From Candidatus Scatosoma sp. (GTDB lineage Bacteria > Bacillota > Clostridia > Christensenellales > Borkfalkiaceae), in NCBI GenBank assembly GCA_045652785.1, contig JAZOLF010000150.1, positions 1 to 59,498 on the forward strand: 59,498 nt of DNA, read 5' to 3'. Numbering within the stretch: position 1 is the stretch's first letter; every line of letters starts with the position of its first letter. The notes beneath the pieces were generated by a model, which was not told the DNA's origin, made no database searches, and saw nothing but the letters and a program-made list of their open reading frames with translations. This document shows positions 1 to 9,521 of the stretch, in pieces. The position numbers and the translations under genes are program-made.

Positions 1-1102
1 CGTCTGCAACCAAGCCGACCATTTGCGGGCCAAGCGCCGCACCAAGATCGCCGCCAGCCGCCATAATTGCGTAGATGAACACTCCCGCTTTGGGAAAACG
101 CTCGGATGCAACCACCAAACTTCCCGGCCACATCATCGACGCAAACAGCCCCGTCAACGCACAGGCAACTAAGCCCACAACAGGAACGGGAACAAGAGCC
201 GCAACCAAATAACAAACCACGCCGCCAACCGCGCAACCAAGTAAAATTTGACGGATATTTTTGCCGTATTTCGCATACAAACTCCGCCCCAAACCGAGCG
301 TCACCGAGAACATGGCTACGCCAAATACGTCCCCCCAGACTTTGTCAAGCCCGAGCGCACCTTCAATGTACCCCGACGCCCATTGTGCCATCGTACATTC
401 GGTTGCACCGCCCAAAAAGATGGCGACGATGCACAGCCAAAGCCCTTTGTTTTTGAACATTTTGAGCGCCCCAGCGGTATGTTCGGGGGTTTCCATTTTT
501 GGGATTTCGGACGTGAACAGCAAGACCGCCGCAGCAAGCGGAATGAGCGAGAAAATCAGCGGTAGAACAAACCATTGTTCTTTGAAAAAGAGCAAAAATA
601 CCGTGATAAACACGACCGCCCCAACGACGCCCCAGGCGTAAACGGAGTGCAATTTACTCATGTCCCGATCGGGGTTTTTCGACGGCAACGCCGCGAAGAT
701 GGGGCTAAGCAATACTTCGGCAAGCCCGCTCGCCGCAGAGAAAATCATCGTACCCGCCGTCAAGCCGATATATACCGCGCCGCCCGTAAACAAAAAGGGA
801 GCAAGCGCGTATATCACAAACCCCACCACCGCCAAAACGGGCATTACACGGATGATGCGTTGGATGTTGAGTTTGTGCGAGAAAAGCGAAAAAAGCAAAT
901 CAACAATGAGTTGGGTGGTGAAGTTGATCGCCACCAACGCCCCCAAAAGCGTATAGGAAATGCCGTACATACTGCGGAACGTCAAAAAGAGCAGCGGGGA
1001 TAAGTTCCCCACCACCGACATCGTCGTATTTGATATGTAGCAAGCGTATCGAACTCGCTTGTCGTTTTTTTCTTGCCACGTCTGCGTGCGTTCCATAACC
1101 AT
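1..1102 (-). CDS. MFS-type transporter, partial (3' end runs off the left window edge)
   Basis: Absent from the ORF track because it has no stop inside the window. My reverse-complement translation from ATG (complement of 1100-1102, GAAGG 8 nt upstream) reads MVMERTQTWQEKNDKRVRYACYISNTTMSVVGNLSPLLFLTFRSMYGISY... It stays open to position 1 (...IMAAGGDLGAALGPQMVGLVAD) with hydrophobic helices throughout. The MFS assignment is by overall resemblance only. Confidence 0.6.
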   Translation of the reverse strand, partial: MVMERTQTWQEKNDKRVRYACYISNTTMSVVGNLSPLLFLTFRSMYGISYTLLGALVAINFTTQLIVDLLFSLFSHKLNIQRIIRVMPVLAVVGFVIYALAPFLFTGGAVYIGLTAGTMIFSAASGLAEVLLSPIFAALPSKNPDRDMSKLHSVYAWGVVGAVVFITVFLLFFKEQWFVLPLIFSLIPLAAAVLLFTSEIPKMETPEHTAGALKMFKNKGLWLCIVAIFLGGATECTMAQWASGYIEGALGLDKVWGDVFGVAMFSVTLGLGRSLYAKYGKNIRQILLGCAVGGVVCYLVAALVPVPVVGLVACALTGLFASMMWPGSLVVASERFPKAGVFIYAIMAAGGDLGAALGPQMVGLVAD

Positions 1103-1128
1103 CTGTACCGCCTTCAAAAAGTATCGTT

Positions 1129-1157
1129 ATTGTATCACTTTTGCACCGAAAAATCAA
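1129..1157 (-). promoter_or_regulatory. sigma-70-type promoter for the MFS gene (-35 TTGATT, 17 nt, extended -10 TGaTACAAT)
   Basis: Read on the minus strand: TTGATT (comp. 1152-1157), a 17-nt spacer, TACAAT (comp. 1129-1134) preceded by TGa. About 27 nt upstream of the ATG. Confidence 0.5.
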
Positions 1158-1184
1158 CCTTTTGCGCACAGTTTCATTTTTTTC

Positions 1185-1212
1185 GAAAAAAAGAGCGCCG
1201 ATATTGCGCTCT
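1185..1212 (-). terminator. rho-independent terminator downstream of uvrA
   Basis: 7-bp stem agagcgc / gcgctct (1192-1198 / 1206-1212), followed on the minus strand by a T-run (A-run 1185-1191 on plus). Confidence 0.6.
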
Positions 1213-1245
1213 TTTTGCTTTCAACACATACATGGGTGTGGGTTT

Positions 1246-4068
1246 TTATTGTTTTAATACCTTTTTTAAGAAGAAACCCGTATAACTTGTATCGTGTTTT
1301 GCCACTTCTTCGGGGCTACCGCACACCACCAGCGTACCGCCGCCGCTACCGCCTTCGGGGCCCAAGTCAACGATATAATCCGCGGTCTTGATAACATCCA
1401 AATTATGCTCGATCACCACCACAGTATTGCCTGCATCACGCAGTCTGGAAAGGATCTTGATGAGTTTATCCACGTCGTAACTATGCAAACCCGTCGTCGG
1501 CTCATCTAAAATATACAGCGTTTTGCCCGTCGAACGCTTGGCAAGTTCAGTAGCCAGTTTCACACGTTGCGCTTCGCCGCCCGAAAGGGTTGTGGAACTT
1601 TGTCCCAACTTGATATAGCCCAACCCAACTTCTTGCAAGGTCTTGATTTTATTGTAAATGGCGGGATGGTTTTGGAAGTATTCCACACCTTCGTCCACCG
1701 TCATATTCAAAACGTCGGAGATGTTTTTGCCCTTATAGCGTACTTCCAGCGTTTCGCGGTTGTAACGCGCGCCGCCGCAAACTTCGCAGGGCACGAAAAT
1801 ATCAGGCAAGAAGTGCATCTCAATCTTGATGATGCCGTCGCCAAAACAATGTTCACATCTGCCCCCTGCAACGTTGAAAGAGAAACGACCGCTCTTGTAG
1901 CCCCGTTCCTGCGCATCGGGTGTCATCGCGAATAGGTCGCGAATGGCGTTAAACGCGCCCGTGTAAGTGGCGGGATTACTTCTCGGCGTTCTGCCGATCG
2001 GGGATTGATCGATGGCGATTACTTTGTCAAAATGCTCGATACCGTCGATTGTATCGAACTTCCCTTCGATTTGCCGCGCACCGTTCAAACGGTTGGCAAG
2101 GGTGGGATAAATGATTTCGTTGACAAGGCTGGATTTACCGCTCCCCGATACCCCCGTCACCGCCGTCATTAAGCCAACGGGCAGAGAAACGTCGATACCT
2201 TTCAAGTTGTTTTGGCGGCAGCCCTTGACGGTTAAATATCGCCCGTCGGGAACTTTGCGCACCGCAGGTACGGGGATGATTCTTCGCCCAGCCAAATAGT
2301 CGCCCGTGATCGAGCCTTCGGCGTTCATCACGTCCATGGGTGTACCTTTTGCAACGACTTCGCCGCCGTGCACCCCTGCTTTCGGCCCGATATCCAAAAT
2401 ATAATCTGCCGCGCGAATGGTGTCTTCGTCGTGTTCCACAACGATAAGCGTATTCCCCAAATCCCGTAACCCTTTCAAGGATGCAAGCAACTTTTCGTTA
2501 TCGCGTTGATGCAAGCCTATGGACGGCTCGTCCAAGATATACAAAACGCCCGTCAGCGCGCTGCCGATTTGCGTTGCCAAACGGATACGCTGGCTTTCTC
2601 CGCCCGATAGAGTGCCTGCCGTACGCGAAAGCGTAAGATATTCAAGCCCGACGTTGGCAAGAAAGCCAAGCCTACTATTGATTTCTTTTAAAATGGCATC
2701 GGCAATGATATGTTGCGTGGGGGTGAGTGATGCCTTTAACTCGTCCACAAATTCGCAAAGTTTTGCCACCGTAAGTTCGCAAACTTCCCAAATATTTTTA
2801 CCGCCCACCGTCACGGAGAGCGCTTCCTTTTTTAAGCGTTTGCCGTCGCAGGTTTCACAATGGGAAACGCGCATCAGCCGTTCAATGTCGGCGCGCACGC
2901 CCGCCGAAGTGGTTTGCGCATAGCGGCGTTGCAGGTTGTTGACGTACCCTTCCCAAGACTTTTTGAAACTGCCTTGAAACGTGCGCGAAGAGTATTGCAT
3001 ATCAATCCGTTCGCCGCCGTTGCCGTACATCAAAAGATGGTAGATTTCAGGCGACAAATCCTGCACGGGTACGTCCAAAGAAAAGCCATAGGCTTTTGCG
3101 ATGGCGGAAACTTCCATCAGCGCCATAGATTGCGAGCCTAAATTCCAGCCCGTAATCCGCATCGCACCCTCCCGCAAAGTCTTCGTTTTGTCGGGGCAAA
3201 TCAAATCGGGATCGACCACCTGTTGCACGCCCAAACCCAAGCAGGTCGGACACGCACCGTAAGGGGTGTTGAAAGAGAACATTCTCGGCTCGATTTCTTC
3301 AATCGAAATCCCGCAATCGGGACAAGCGTAGTTGGACGAATAGAGCGTTTCTTGCTCCCCATCGTCAATCACCACCAGCCCGTCGGCAAGTTTGAGAGCC
3401 ATTTCCAAACTGTCCGTCAAACGTTTGCGAATGGTGGGCTTTACCACCAAGCGGTCAACCACGACGGAGATATTGTGCTTGATATTCTTCTCTAAGCGGA
3501 TTTCTTCCTGCAAATCGTACACAATCCCGTCGATTTTTACCCTGCCGTAGCCGCTTTTTCGGAATGATGCAAGTTCCTTGACGTACTCCCCTTTCCGTCC
3601 GCGAACGACGGGGGCGCATACCAAAATCTTACCCCCTTCGGGCATCGCCAAAACTTGGTCGGTGATTTCGTCCACCGTTTGACGGCGGATTTACATACCG
3701 CATTTCGGACAATGCGGAACGCCGATGCGGGCGAAGAGCAGACGCAAATAGTCGTAAATTTCCGTCACCGTACCCACCGTCGAGCGGGGATTGTGCGACG
3801 TCGTTTTTTGATCGATGGCGATTGCAGGGGAAAGGCCTTCAATACTCTCGACGTTCGGCTTTTCCATCTGCCCTAAAAATTGACGGGCGTAGGACGAAAG
3901 ACTTTCTACGTATCTGCGTTGGCCTTCGGCGTAGATGGTGTCAAAGGCAAGGGTACTCTTCCCGCTGCCCGAAAGCCCGGTAAGCACCGTCAACGTATTT
4001 CTCGGTATCCGCACGTCGATATTTTTTAAGTTGTTTTCTTTCGCACCTTTAATGATAATCTCGTCCAT
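1246..4068 (-). pseudogene. uvrA: excinuclease ABC subunit A, full length but interrupted by one in-frame TAA (3691-3693)
   Basis: ORFs 3691..4068 and 1246..3675 are in the same frame. The junction reads [27 protein letters not shown]. Walker [10 protein letters not shown] and VSGSGKSS, ABC signatures LSGGESQR / LSGGEAQR and the Cys clusters (CPDCG, CEHC..CEVCGG) are all present. The total of about 940 codons equals canonical UvrA. Confidence 0.85.
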
Positions 4069-4108
4069 GGTAGCCCCTTTTTGCTATTTTTACACTTCTC
4101 GGCTGGGT

Positions 4109-6079
4109 TTAGCCGCCCCGTTGCGCCTTGCGAAGTTTCGCTTTCAGTTGCGCAATCGTTTCCCGAATTTCAATCGCTTTTTCAAAGTCAAGTTGGCTGC
4201 TTGCGAGTTTCATCAGCGCTTTCAACTTCTCAATTTCATCGGGAATATCCCGCAATTCTACGTCTTCGCTCACCTTCTTTTTCTTGGTGACGTTGAGCGT
4301 AGAAGTAATCGCTTTTTCTATCGTTTTCGGCGTGATGCCGTGTGCCTGGTTATACGCATCCTGCACCTTTCTGCGGCGCTCCGTTTCCCCGATCGCCCGT
4401 TTCATACTGTCCGTGATCACGTCCGCGTACATTACTACGCGGCCATCGACGTTTCTCGCCGCGCGCCCGATCGTTTGAATGAGCGCCGTATCACTACGCA
4501 GGAAACCTTCCTTATCCGCATCGAGTATGCACACCAACTTTACTTCGGGCATATCCAGCCCTTCACGCAATAAGTTGATACCGCAAAGGACATCGAACTC
4601 ACCGCTGCGCAAGCCGTTGACGATCTCCACCCGCTCTAAGGTGTCGATGTCGCTGTGCATATATTTTACCTTAATTTTGTGTTCTTTAAGATAGTCGGTC
4701 AACTCTTCCGCCATACGCTTTGTCAGCGTAGTGATTAAAACCCTGCCCCCGTCCTTTACCGTTTTTTCGATTTCGGAAAGCAGGTTGTCGATTTGCCCTT
4801 TGGTCGGGCGCACTTCAATAAGGGGATCGAGCAAACCCGTCGGACGAATAAGTTGTTCCACCGTTTGCCCCGACTGCGAAAGTTCGTATTGCGCAGGGGT
4901 TGCGGACACGCAAATAAGTTGCGGAATACGTGCGTCAAACTCATCAAACGTCAACGGACGGTTATCGTATGCCGCCCGCATACGGAAACCGTAATCTACC
5001 AAGTTCTTCTTACGGGAAAGGTCTCCGTGATACATTGCACGGATTTGCGGAATGGTCATATGGCTTTCGTCGATAAAGACCAAGAACTCCCCTTTCGGAA
5101 AATAATCGAGCAAGGTAAAGGACGGATCGCCAGGTCTGCGACCATCAAAATAACGGCTGTAATTTTCTATCCCCGTGCAGTAGCCGATCTCTTTGAGCAT
5201 CTCGATATCGTGTTCGGTGCGCTGGCGCAGGCGTTGCGCTTCCAAGAGTTTCCCTTCGTCTTCAAACGCGCGCACTTCCCCTTGCAAATCCGTTTCAATC
5301 ATCGAAAGGGCGCAAGAGAGCTTTTCCGTGCCGACCGCATACTGGCTGGCGGGGAAGATACAAGCGTGAGAAAGTTCGTTGATTTTTTTGCCTGTCAGAG
5401 CCTCTACTTCGTAAAGTTTGTCGATTTCGTCCCCGAAAAATTCCACGCGGATTGCCACTTCGGAGTTGGACGCAGGGAAAATTTCCACCGCATCGCCACG
5501 CACACGGAAGGACGAACGCTTAAAGTCCACGTCGTTGCGGGCGTACTGTAACTCAATGAGTTTTCGCAGCAACGCGCCGCGCTCCCACTCATCGCCAGGC
5601 CGCAAGGACAGGGAAAGACGGAAATATTCTTCGCGCGCGCCCAAGCCGTAAATAGAGGACACCGACGCCACCACGAATACATCCTGCCGCTCCATCTACG
5701 AACAGGTTGCGCTATTGCGGAGTTTGTCAATTTCGTCGTTCAAACTCATGTCCTTTTCGATGTAGGTATCGGTGGACGGAATATAACTTTCGGGTTGGTA
5801 ATAATCGTAATAAGAAACAAAATATTCTACTCGATTTTCGGGGAAAAATTCACGGAACTCGTTGCACAGTTGCGCCGCGAGCGTTTTGTTGTGCGCGATC
5901 ACAAGCGTCGGACGACCGACGTTTTGGATCACGTTTGCCATCGTGAACGTTTTACCGCTGCCCGTCACGCCAAGCAAGACCTGCGTGCGCAGGCCGTCTA
6001 AAACACCTTCCGTCAATTTTTCGATGGCTTGCGGTTGATCGCCTGTCGGCGAAAATGGCGCACGCAATTTGAACGGCAT
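4109..6079 (-). pseudogene. uvrB: excinuclease ABC subunit B, full length but interrupted by one in-frame TAG (5696-5698)
   Basis: ORFs 5696..6079 and 4109..5695 abut in the same frame: [32 protein letters not shown]. Walker [11 protein letters not shown], helicase motif II FIDESH and a C-terminal UVR-like helix (LDFEKAIEIRETIAQLK) are present. About 656 codons in total. RBS AAGGGGGA lies upstream of ATG 6077-6079. Confidence 0.85.
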
Positions 6080-6104
6080 ATTCTATCCCCCTTTTTTATT
6101 TTTA

Positions 6105-6118
6105 CGAACATTCGTTTG
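6105..6118 (-). promoter_or_regulatory. LexA (Cheo-type SOS) box candidate, CGAACATTCGTTTG
   Basis: Matches the Gram-positive consensus CGAAC-N4-GTTCG with one half-site mismatch (GTTT for GTTC). It sits directly downstream of the predicted -10 of the uvrB promoter, the classic position for SOS repression. Confidence 0.5.
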
Positions 6119-6119
6119 C

Positions 6120-6148
6120 ATTATACCATTTTACATTAAAAATGTAAA
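6120..6148 (-). promoter_or_regulatory. sigma-70-type promoter of the uvrBA operon (-35 TTTACA, 17 nt, -10 TGgTATAAT)
   Basis: Minus-strand reading: TTTACA (comp. 6143-6148), a 17-nt spacer, TATAAT (comp. 6120-6125) with TGg in front. Confidence 0.5.
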
Positions 6149-6181
6149 GAACTTGAAAACAAATTTTTGAAAAACTTGTAT

Positions 6182-6201
6182 GGGCGATTCACGAATCGCC
6201 C
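6182..6201. other. 20-bp palindrome GGGCGATTC-AC-GAATCGCCC
   Basis: Perfect 9-bp arms read directly from the sequence. About 35-55 nt upstream of the uvrB -35. Either an operator-like site or a small hairpin. Confidence 0.4.
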
Positions 6202-6208
6202 GTTGAGC

Positions 6209-6543
6209 CGCGACGACGTATTGCGCCGTATTATACCCCACTTGTCAGAATTTTGCCATCGGAATATGAAAGCAAGACAAGGAGCACGCGGCGTACCCGA
6301 CGGGAGTGTACACAGACGTACACGAGCAAGGGAAAACGCAAGCACGACGCCGTATTACACCACATTTACTGGTTTTTGCCGTCGGAAAACGCAAGCGCGA
6401 CGCCGTATTGCACCGCATTTATAGGATTTGCCGTCGGAAAATGCAAGCAAGACAAGGTACGCGCGGCTTACCCGACGGGAGTGTACACAGACGTACACGA
6501 GCAAGGGAAAACGCAAGCGCGACGCCGTATTGCGCCGCATTTT
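6209..6543. repeat. nested intergenic direct repeats: two ~116-bp units plus a 46-bp internally deleted derivative and one partial arm
   Basis: Unit 1 is 6252-6367 and unit 2 is 6427-6543 (tttgccRtcggaa...cccgacgggagtgtacacagacgtacacgagcaagggaaaacgcaagcRcgacgccgtattRcRccRcattt). The short copy 6374-6420 equals a unit lacking the segment between the two ggaaaa words. A partial right arm lies at 6209-6236. Confidence 0.8.
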
Positions 6544-6600
6544 ACAGGCAAAAAAGATAAGGGGAAGATACGCTCAACACATACCTGCCCCCACCTTTTC

Positions 6601-9420
6601 TTATAAGATCGTTCTTACGAAAGCATAACTTTCGCGCAAAATACTACTCTTGCCATTCGTCCAAGTACCCATACGTTCGAAGGTGTAAGGGCCGACCGAG
6701 CCAGGTTCTTGGTCTTGCGTGTGGAAAGGCCCAAGCAAGTTGCGGTTGCCCACCGTCAATACAAGGGTGATTTCGTTTTCGCCGACCTGCAAATAATCGG
6801 ACAAATCCAAGCGGCGGCTAAACATCATTCTACCCGCAAACTTGCCGTTTACATAAACGTCGATCAAGTGGAAACCTTTTTCGATAACAAGTTCGCAAGC
6901 GGTGTCTTCCACCATCACTTTTTGTTGGAGCGTAATGTTGCCCGAGAAGAAAGGATACCCTTCTTCAATGAGTTTCGTAATCGTCTTCTTTTGTGCGCCT
7001 ATGCGGAAGTTTTGCCCGAGTACGATACCGTCGCGGCTACCAGGCTCAAAGTCGCCATACACACCAAAGTCACCTTTGAGTGCAACCGCTTCAATGTCGG
7101 TGTCGTAAGCAAGACAGTTCTTCAAACTTTCCGTCACGTTTTCACCAAAGAGCGCATAATATACTTGTTCGCTTTGGAAGTAGTCAATTTTGATAAGAAC
7201 GTCGTTTCCGCCCAACTTCAACAAGGCTGCAACGTCGTACTTATACAACGGTTTCTCAACGTCCGAGCAACCGCATTTTTCCACCGCTACGCCGTTCACC
7301 CAAACCGCTTTTGTGTTGGTATCTTCGGCAAGCAGAACGCATTTTGCGGGTACCATGTCCACGTCGAAGTGATATTTTAAGTACAACTCACCCTTATAAC
7401 GGCGTTTCAACATTTCGTCAAATACGCCCATGTGGTGCAAGGGTTCAGAGAAGTTTTCACCATCCGTCGAATAGGAAACAAAGTCCAGGGTAAGATAGTT
7501 TTCAGGCGCACCGCAAACGGTGAACTCTTGCCCCAGGTACAAGGGTTTGAGCGCTTTTTCCGTTTTCGGGGTTTCGTCCGAAAGGTAGAGAATATAACTC
7601 TGCCCTTCGTCCAAACTAAGTTCCAGCCCAACAGGGGAATATTCGTCCTTCAAAATATCGTAGGAAAGGAAGGAAGTGCCTTCTTTTAAGGTAAACTTTG
7701 CCGTCGCTTGCGCGGTGCCAACGTTCGTGATATAGATAAAGGTTTTACCGTCCGCGTCTTTACGAATGGCGCTGCGCACGTCCGAACCGCAGGTCGTACA
7801 GGTAAACGGTTGCGCTGCAAGCATTTCTTCATAGGTCGTATTGGTTGCCAAGTAATCGTAGTTGAATGGCTCGCCTTCCAAGTAGGTAGGCTTTTCGTCC
7901 GCCAACAAAATCTTACCGCCCGCGTTGACAAATTCACGCAACAGTTTTTCCGTGGATACGTCCATCGTATAGATTTTCGGCAAAATCAAGTATTCATAAC
8001 GGCACTTGCCAACGATGAGCGCGCCGTCTTCCACTTTGGCGTATTTGCTCATAATCGTTTCGTCGAGCAAGTGATGGGGAAGGTGCTTTCCGCACAATTC
8101 TACAAGCAAGCCGCTAATTGCACTATCCAACGCGGAAATCGCGTGGCCCGTTTCAGGCTCCATACGTTTGTAGTCAAAATACGCGCTACGAATGGGGTGC
8201 AAAACACCCACGTTTACCTGCTCTTCGCTTTCCGCAATCATCATCCCCAGGACGGAGAAGTAATCGTTAAACTCCTTAAAGTTTTTGTTCACCCAGGGGT
8301 TCACCGACGAATAATGCGCGGGATAATCGCGTTTTCTTTGGCCGTGTTCGGTGTAGGGCAACAAGTGTTGACACATCAAGTTTACGCCCGTGACGTATTG
8401 CGATTCCGCAATCTTTTTGAGTTGTAAGGGGCTGACGTCCCAACCGCAACAGCCATAGGTTTCAGTAAGGATTTGCTTTTGCCCCAACTGTGCTGCGACG
8501 GAAGAAACTTGCTTGCCTGCAAGTTCGTTGTAGATATGGTTGCCTAAATAGTCAATTCCAGGAATGTGCTCGTATTCATAGAACGGCATAATGCCCGCAC
8601 AGCACCACATTTGGCCGCCCAACCAGTCTTCTTGTACGTAGTGACCCGTCAACTTGTAGCCGTTCTGATCGCACCAGTCGTAAACGCGCTTACCGAAGTT
8701 TTCCAGCATCAACGATTGCATGGATTTCCAGAATTTATAACGGAATGCGCGGTAGCCTTCCTTTTCCACGAACAGCAAGCCAAGCCCATCCAAAATGTCT
8801 TCACCGTATTCTTTTGCATAGTACGGCGGGAGTACTTTCGTGTACGGCGTACCCCAACGGTAATATTGCGGCTCATCCGTGAAAAACCCTTTTAGGGAAT
8901 AGGTGTCGCGCTTTTTGTATTCTTCGTGCGTTTGTTGTAGGAATTGATCGACTACTTCGGGGTTCAAAATGTCCGCCGTGCTCGTTGCATAGTGTTCGTA
9001 AACGTTCAAATACTCCTTTGCGCCCACGTCCTTTTGTACGCGAACGAGTTTTTCCCCATCCATATCGTAGGACACCAACGCCTTTTCATCGTAAGCGCCC
9101 ACGCAGTAAGTCAAATAACGATCGTGGTTTTCGATGTCTTCCAAAAGTTTGCCGCCGACAAACCCCGAAGGCCAGCCGTTTTCGTCATAAGCGTATGCCT
9201 CCATCCCGAGTTCTTCCGCTTTTTCGCAGCACGCTTTGATACAACTAAACCACTTTTCGCCCAAGTATTCCGTCTTCAAGCCCCCGCGCGCGTGCATAAA
9301 GAACCCGCCCACGCCGTTGGCGTTCATCCATTCAATTTGTTCGACCAAACCTTGTTCATCCAGTTCGTCGTTCCAAGACCAAAACGGAATACATTGATAT
9401 TTCTTGTCAACCTGTTTCAT
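6601..9420 (-). CDS. large cytoplasmic glycoside-hydrolase-like protein (family not assignable by eye; possibly GH106-like TIM barrel plus beta-sandwich domains)
   Basis: 939-aa ORF with no signal peptide. The N-terminus IPFWSWNDELDEQGLVEQIEWMNANGVGGFFMHARGGL...YAYDENGWPSG resembles glycosidase TIM-barrel starts I recall. RBS CAGGAGAA. Confidence 0.55.
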   Translation of the reverse strand: MKQVDKKYQCIPFWSWNDELDEQGLVEQIEWMNANGVGGFFMHARGGLKTEYLGEKWFSCIKACCEKAEELGMEAYAYDENGWPSGFVGGKLLEDIENHDRYLTYCVGAYDEKALVSYDMDGEKLVRVQKDVGAKEYLNVYEHYATSTADILNPEVVDQFLQQTHEEYKKRDTYSLKGFFTDEPQYYRWGTPYTKVLPPYYAKEYGEDILDGLGLLFVEKEGYRAFRYKFWKSMQSLMLENFGKRVYDWCDQNGYKLTGHYVQEDWLGGQMWCCAGIMPFYEYEHIPGIDYLGNHIYNELAGKQVSSVAAQLGQKQILTETYGCCGWDVSPLQLKKIAESQYVTGVNLMCQHLLPYTEHGQRKRDYPAHYSSVNPWVNKNFKEFNDYFSVLGMMIAESEEQVNVGVLHPIRSAYFDYKRMEPETGHAISALDSAISGLLVELCGKHLPHHLLDETIMSKYAKVEDGALIVGKCRYEYLILPKIYTMDVSTEKLLREFVNAGGKILLADEKPTYLEGEPFNYDYLATNTTYEEMLAAQPFTCTTCGSDVRSAIRKDADGKTFIYITNVGTAQATAKFTLKEGTSFLSYDILKDEYSPVGLELSLDEGQSYILYLSDETPKTEKALKPLYLGQEFTVCGAPENYLTLDFVSYSTDGENFSEPLHHMGVFDEMLKRRYKGELYLKYHFDVDMVPAKCVLLAEDTNTKAVWVNGVAVEKCGCSDVEKPLYKYDVAALLKLGGNDVLIKIDYFQSEQVYYALFGENVTESLKNCLAYDTDIEAVALKGDFGVYGDFEPGSRDGIVLGQNFRIGAQKKTITKLIEEGYPFFSGNITLQQKVMVEDTACELVIEKGFHLIDVYVNGKFAGRMMFSRRLDLSDYLQVGENEITLVLTVGNRNLLGPFHTQDQEPGSVGPYTFERMGTWTNGKSSILRESYAFVRTIL

Positions 9421-9521
9421 TTCTTTCTCCTGTTTTTTACGGTCTTTCGCTCAAAACCGTTTATTTTTCTTTCTTTCATATTTGCGCCGTTCAACGCGTA
9501 CCTGCCCCCGACTTTTAGGGA

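Noticed and set aside
106-1169. Several overlapping ORFs of 70-142 aa at the left edge (106..456, 248..565, 261..641, 575..1003, 660..956 on the plus strand; 316..537, 363..575, 900..1169 on the minus strand).
   Set aside because: Their composition is Pro/Arg/Thr-rich and not protein-like. The minus-strand frame that is open from 1102 to the window edge encodes a coherent multi-helix membrane protein with an RBS, and that frame explains the region.
3691-5698. Stop-codon reassignment, selenocysteine, pyrrolysine or programmed read-through as the explanation for the in-frame TAA (uvrA) and TAG (uvrB).
   Set aside because: TAA terminates 14 of the 16 genes I checked here, so it is a functional stop. 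Selenocysteine uses TGA, not TAA or TAG. The TAG sits at a position that is a plain hydrophobic residue in UvrB proteins as I recall them, and no pyl genes are visible. This cannot be fully excluded without the rest of the genome.
6209-6543. Possible CRISPR array.
   Set aside because: Repeat spacing is irregular (122 and 53 nt between left arms). The 'spacers' are themselves repeated, the units are about 116 bp long, and no cas genes are present.
6136-6628. Six mutually overlapping ORFs of 61-117 aa on both strands between uvrB and the GH gene.
   Set aside because: They are generated by the nested direct repeats, so the same peptide pieces recur. They are Arg-rich and have no RBS. I treat the region as non-coding repeat DNA.
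9488-9509. Reading the recurrent GGGCAGG-N-GTTGA motif as a sigma-54 (-24/-12) promoter.
   Set aside because: The GG-to-TTG spacing is two nt longer than in TGGCAC-N5-TTGC and the -12 GC is missing. One copy also ends only 25 nt before a start codon.
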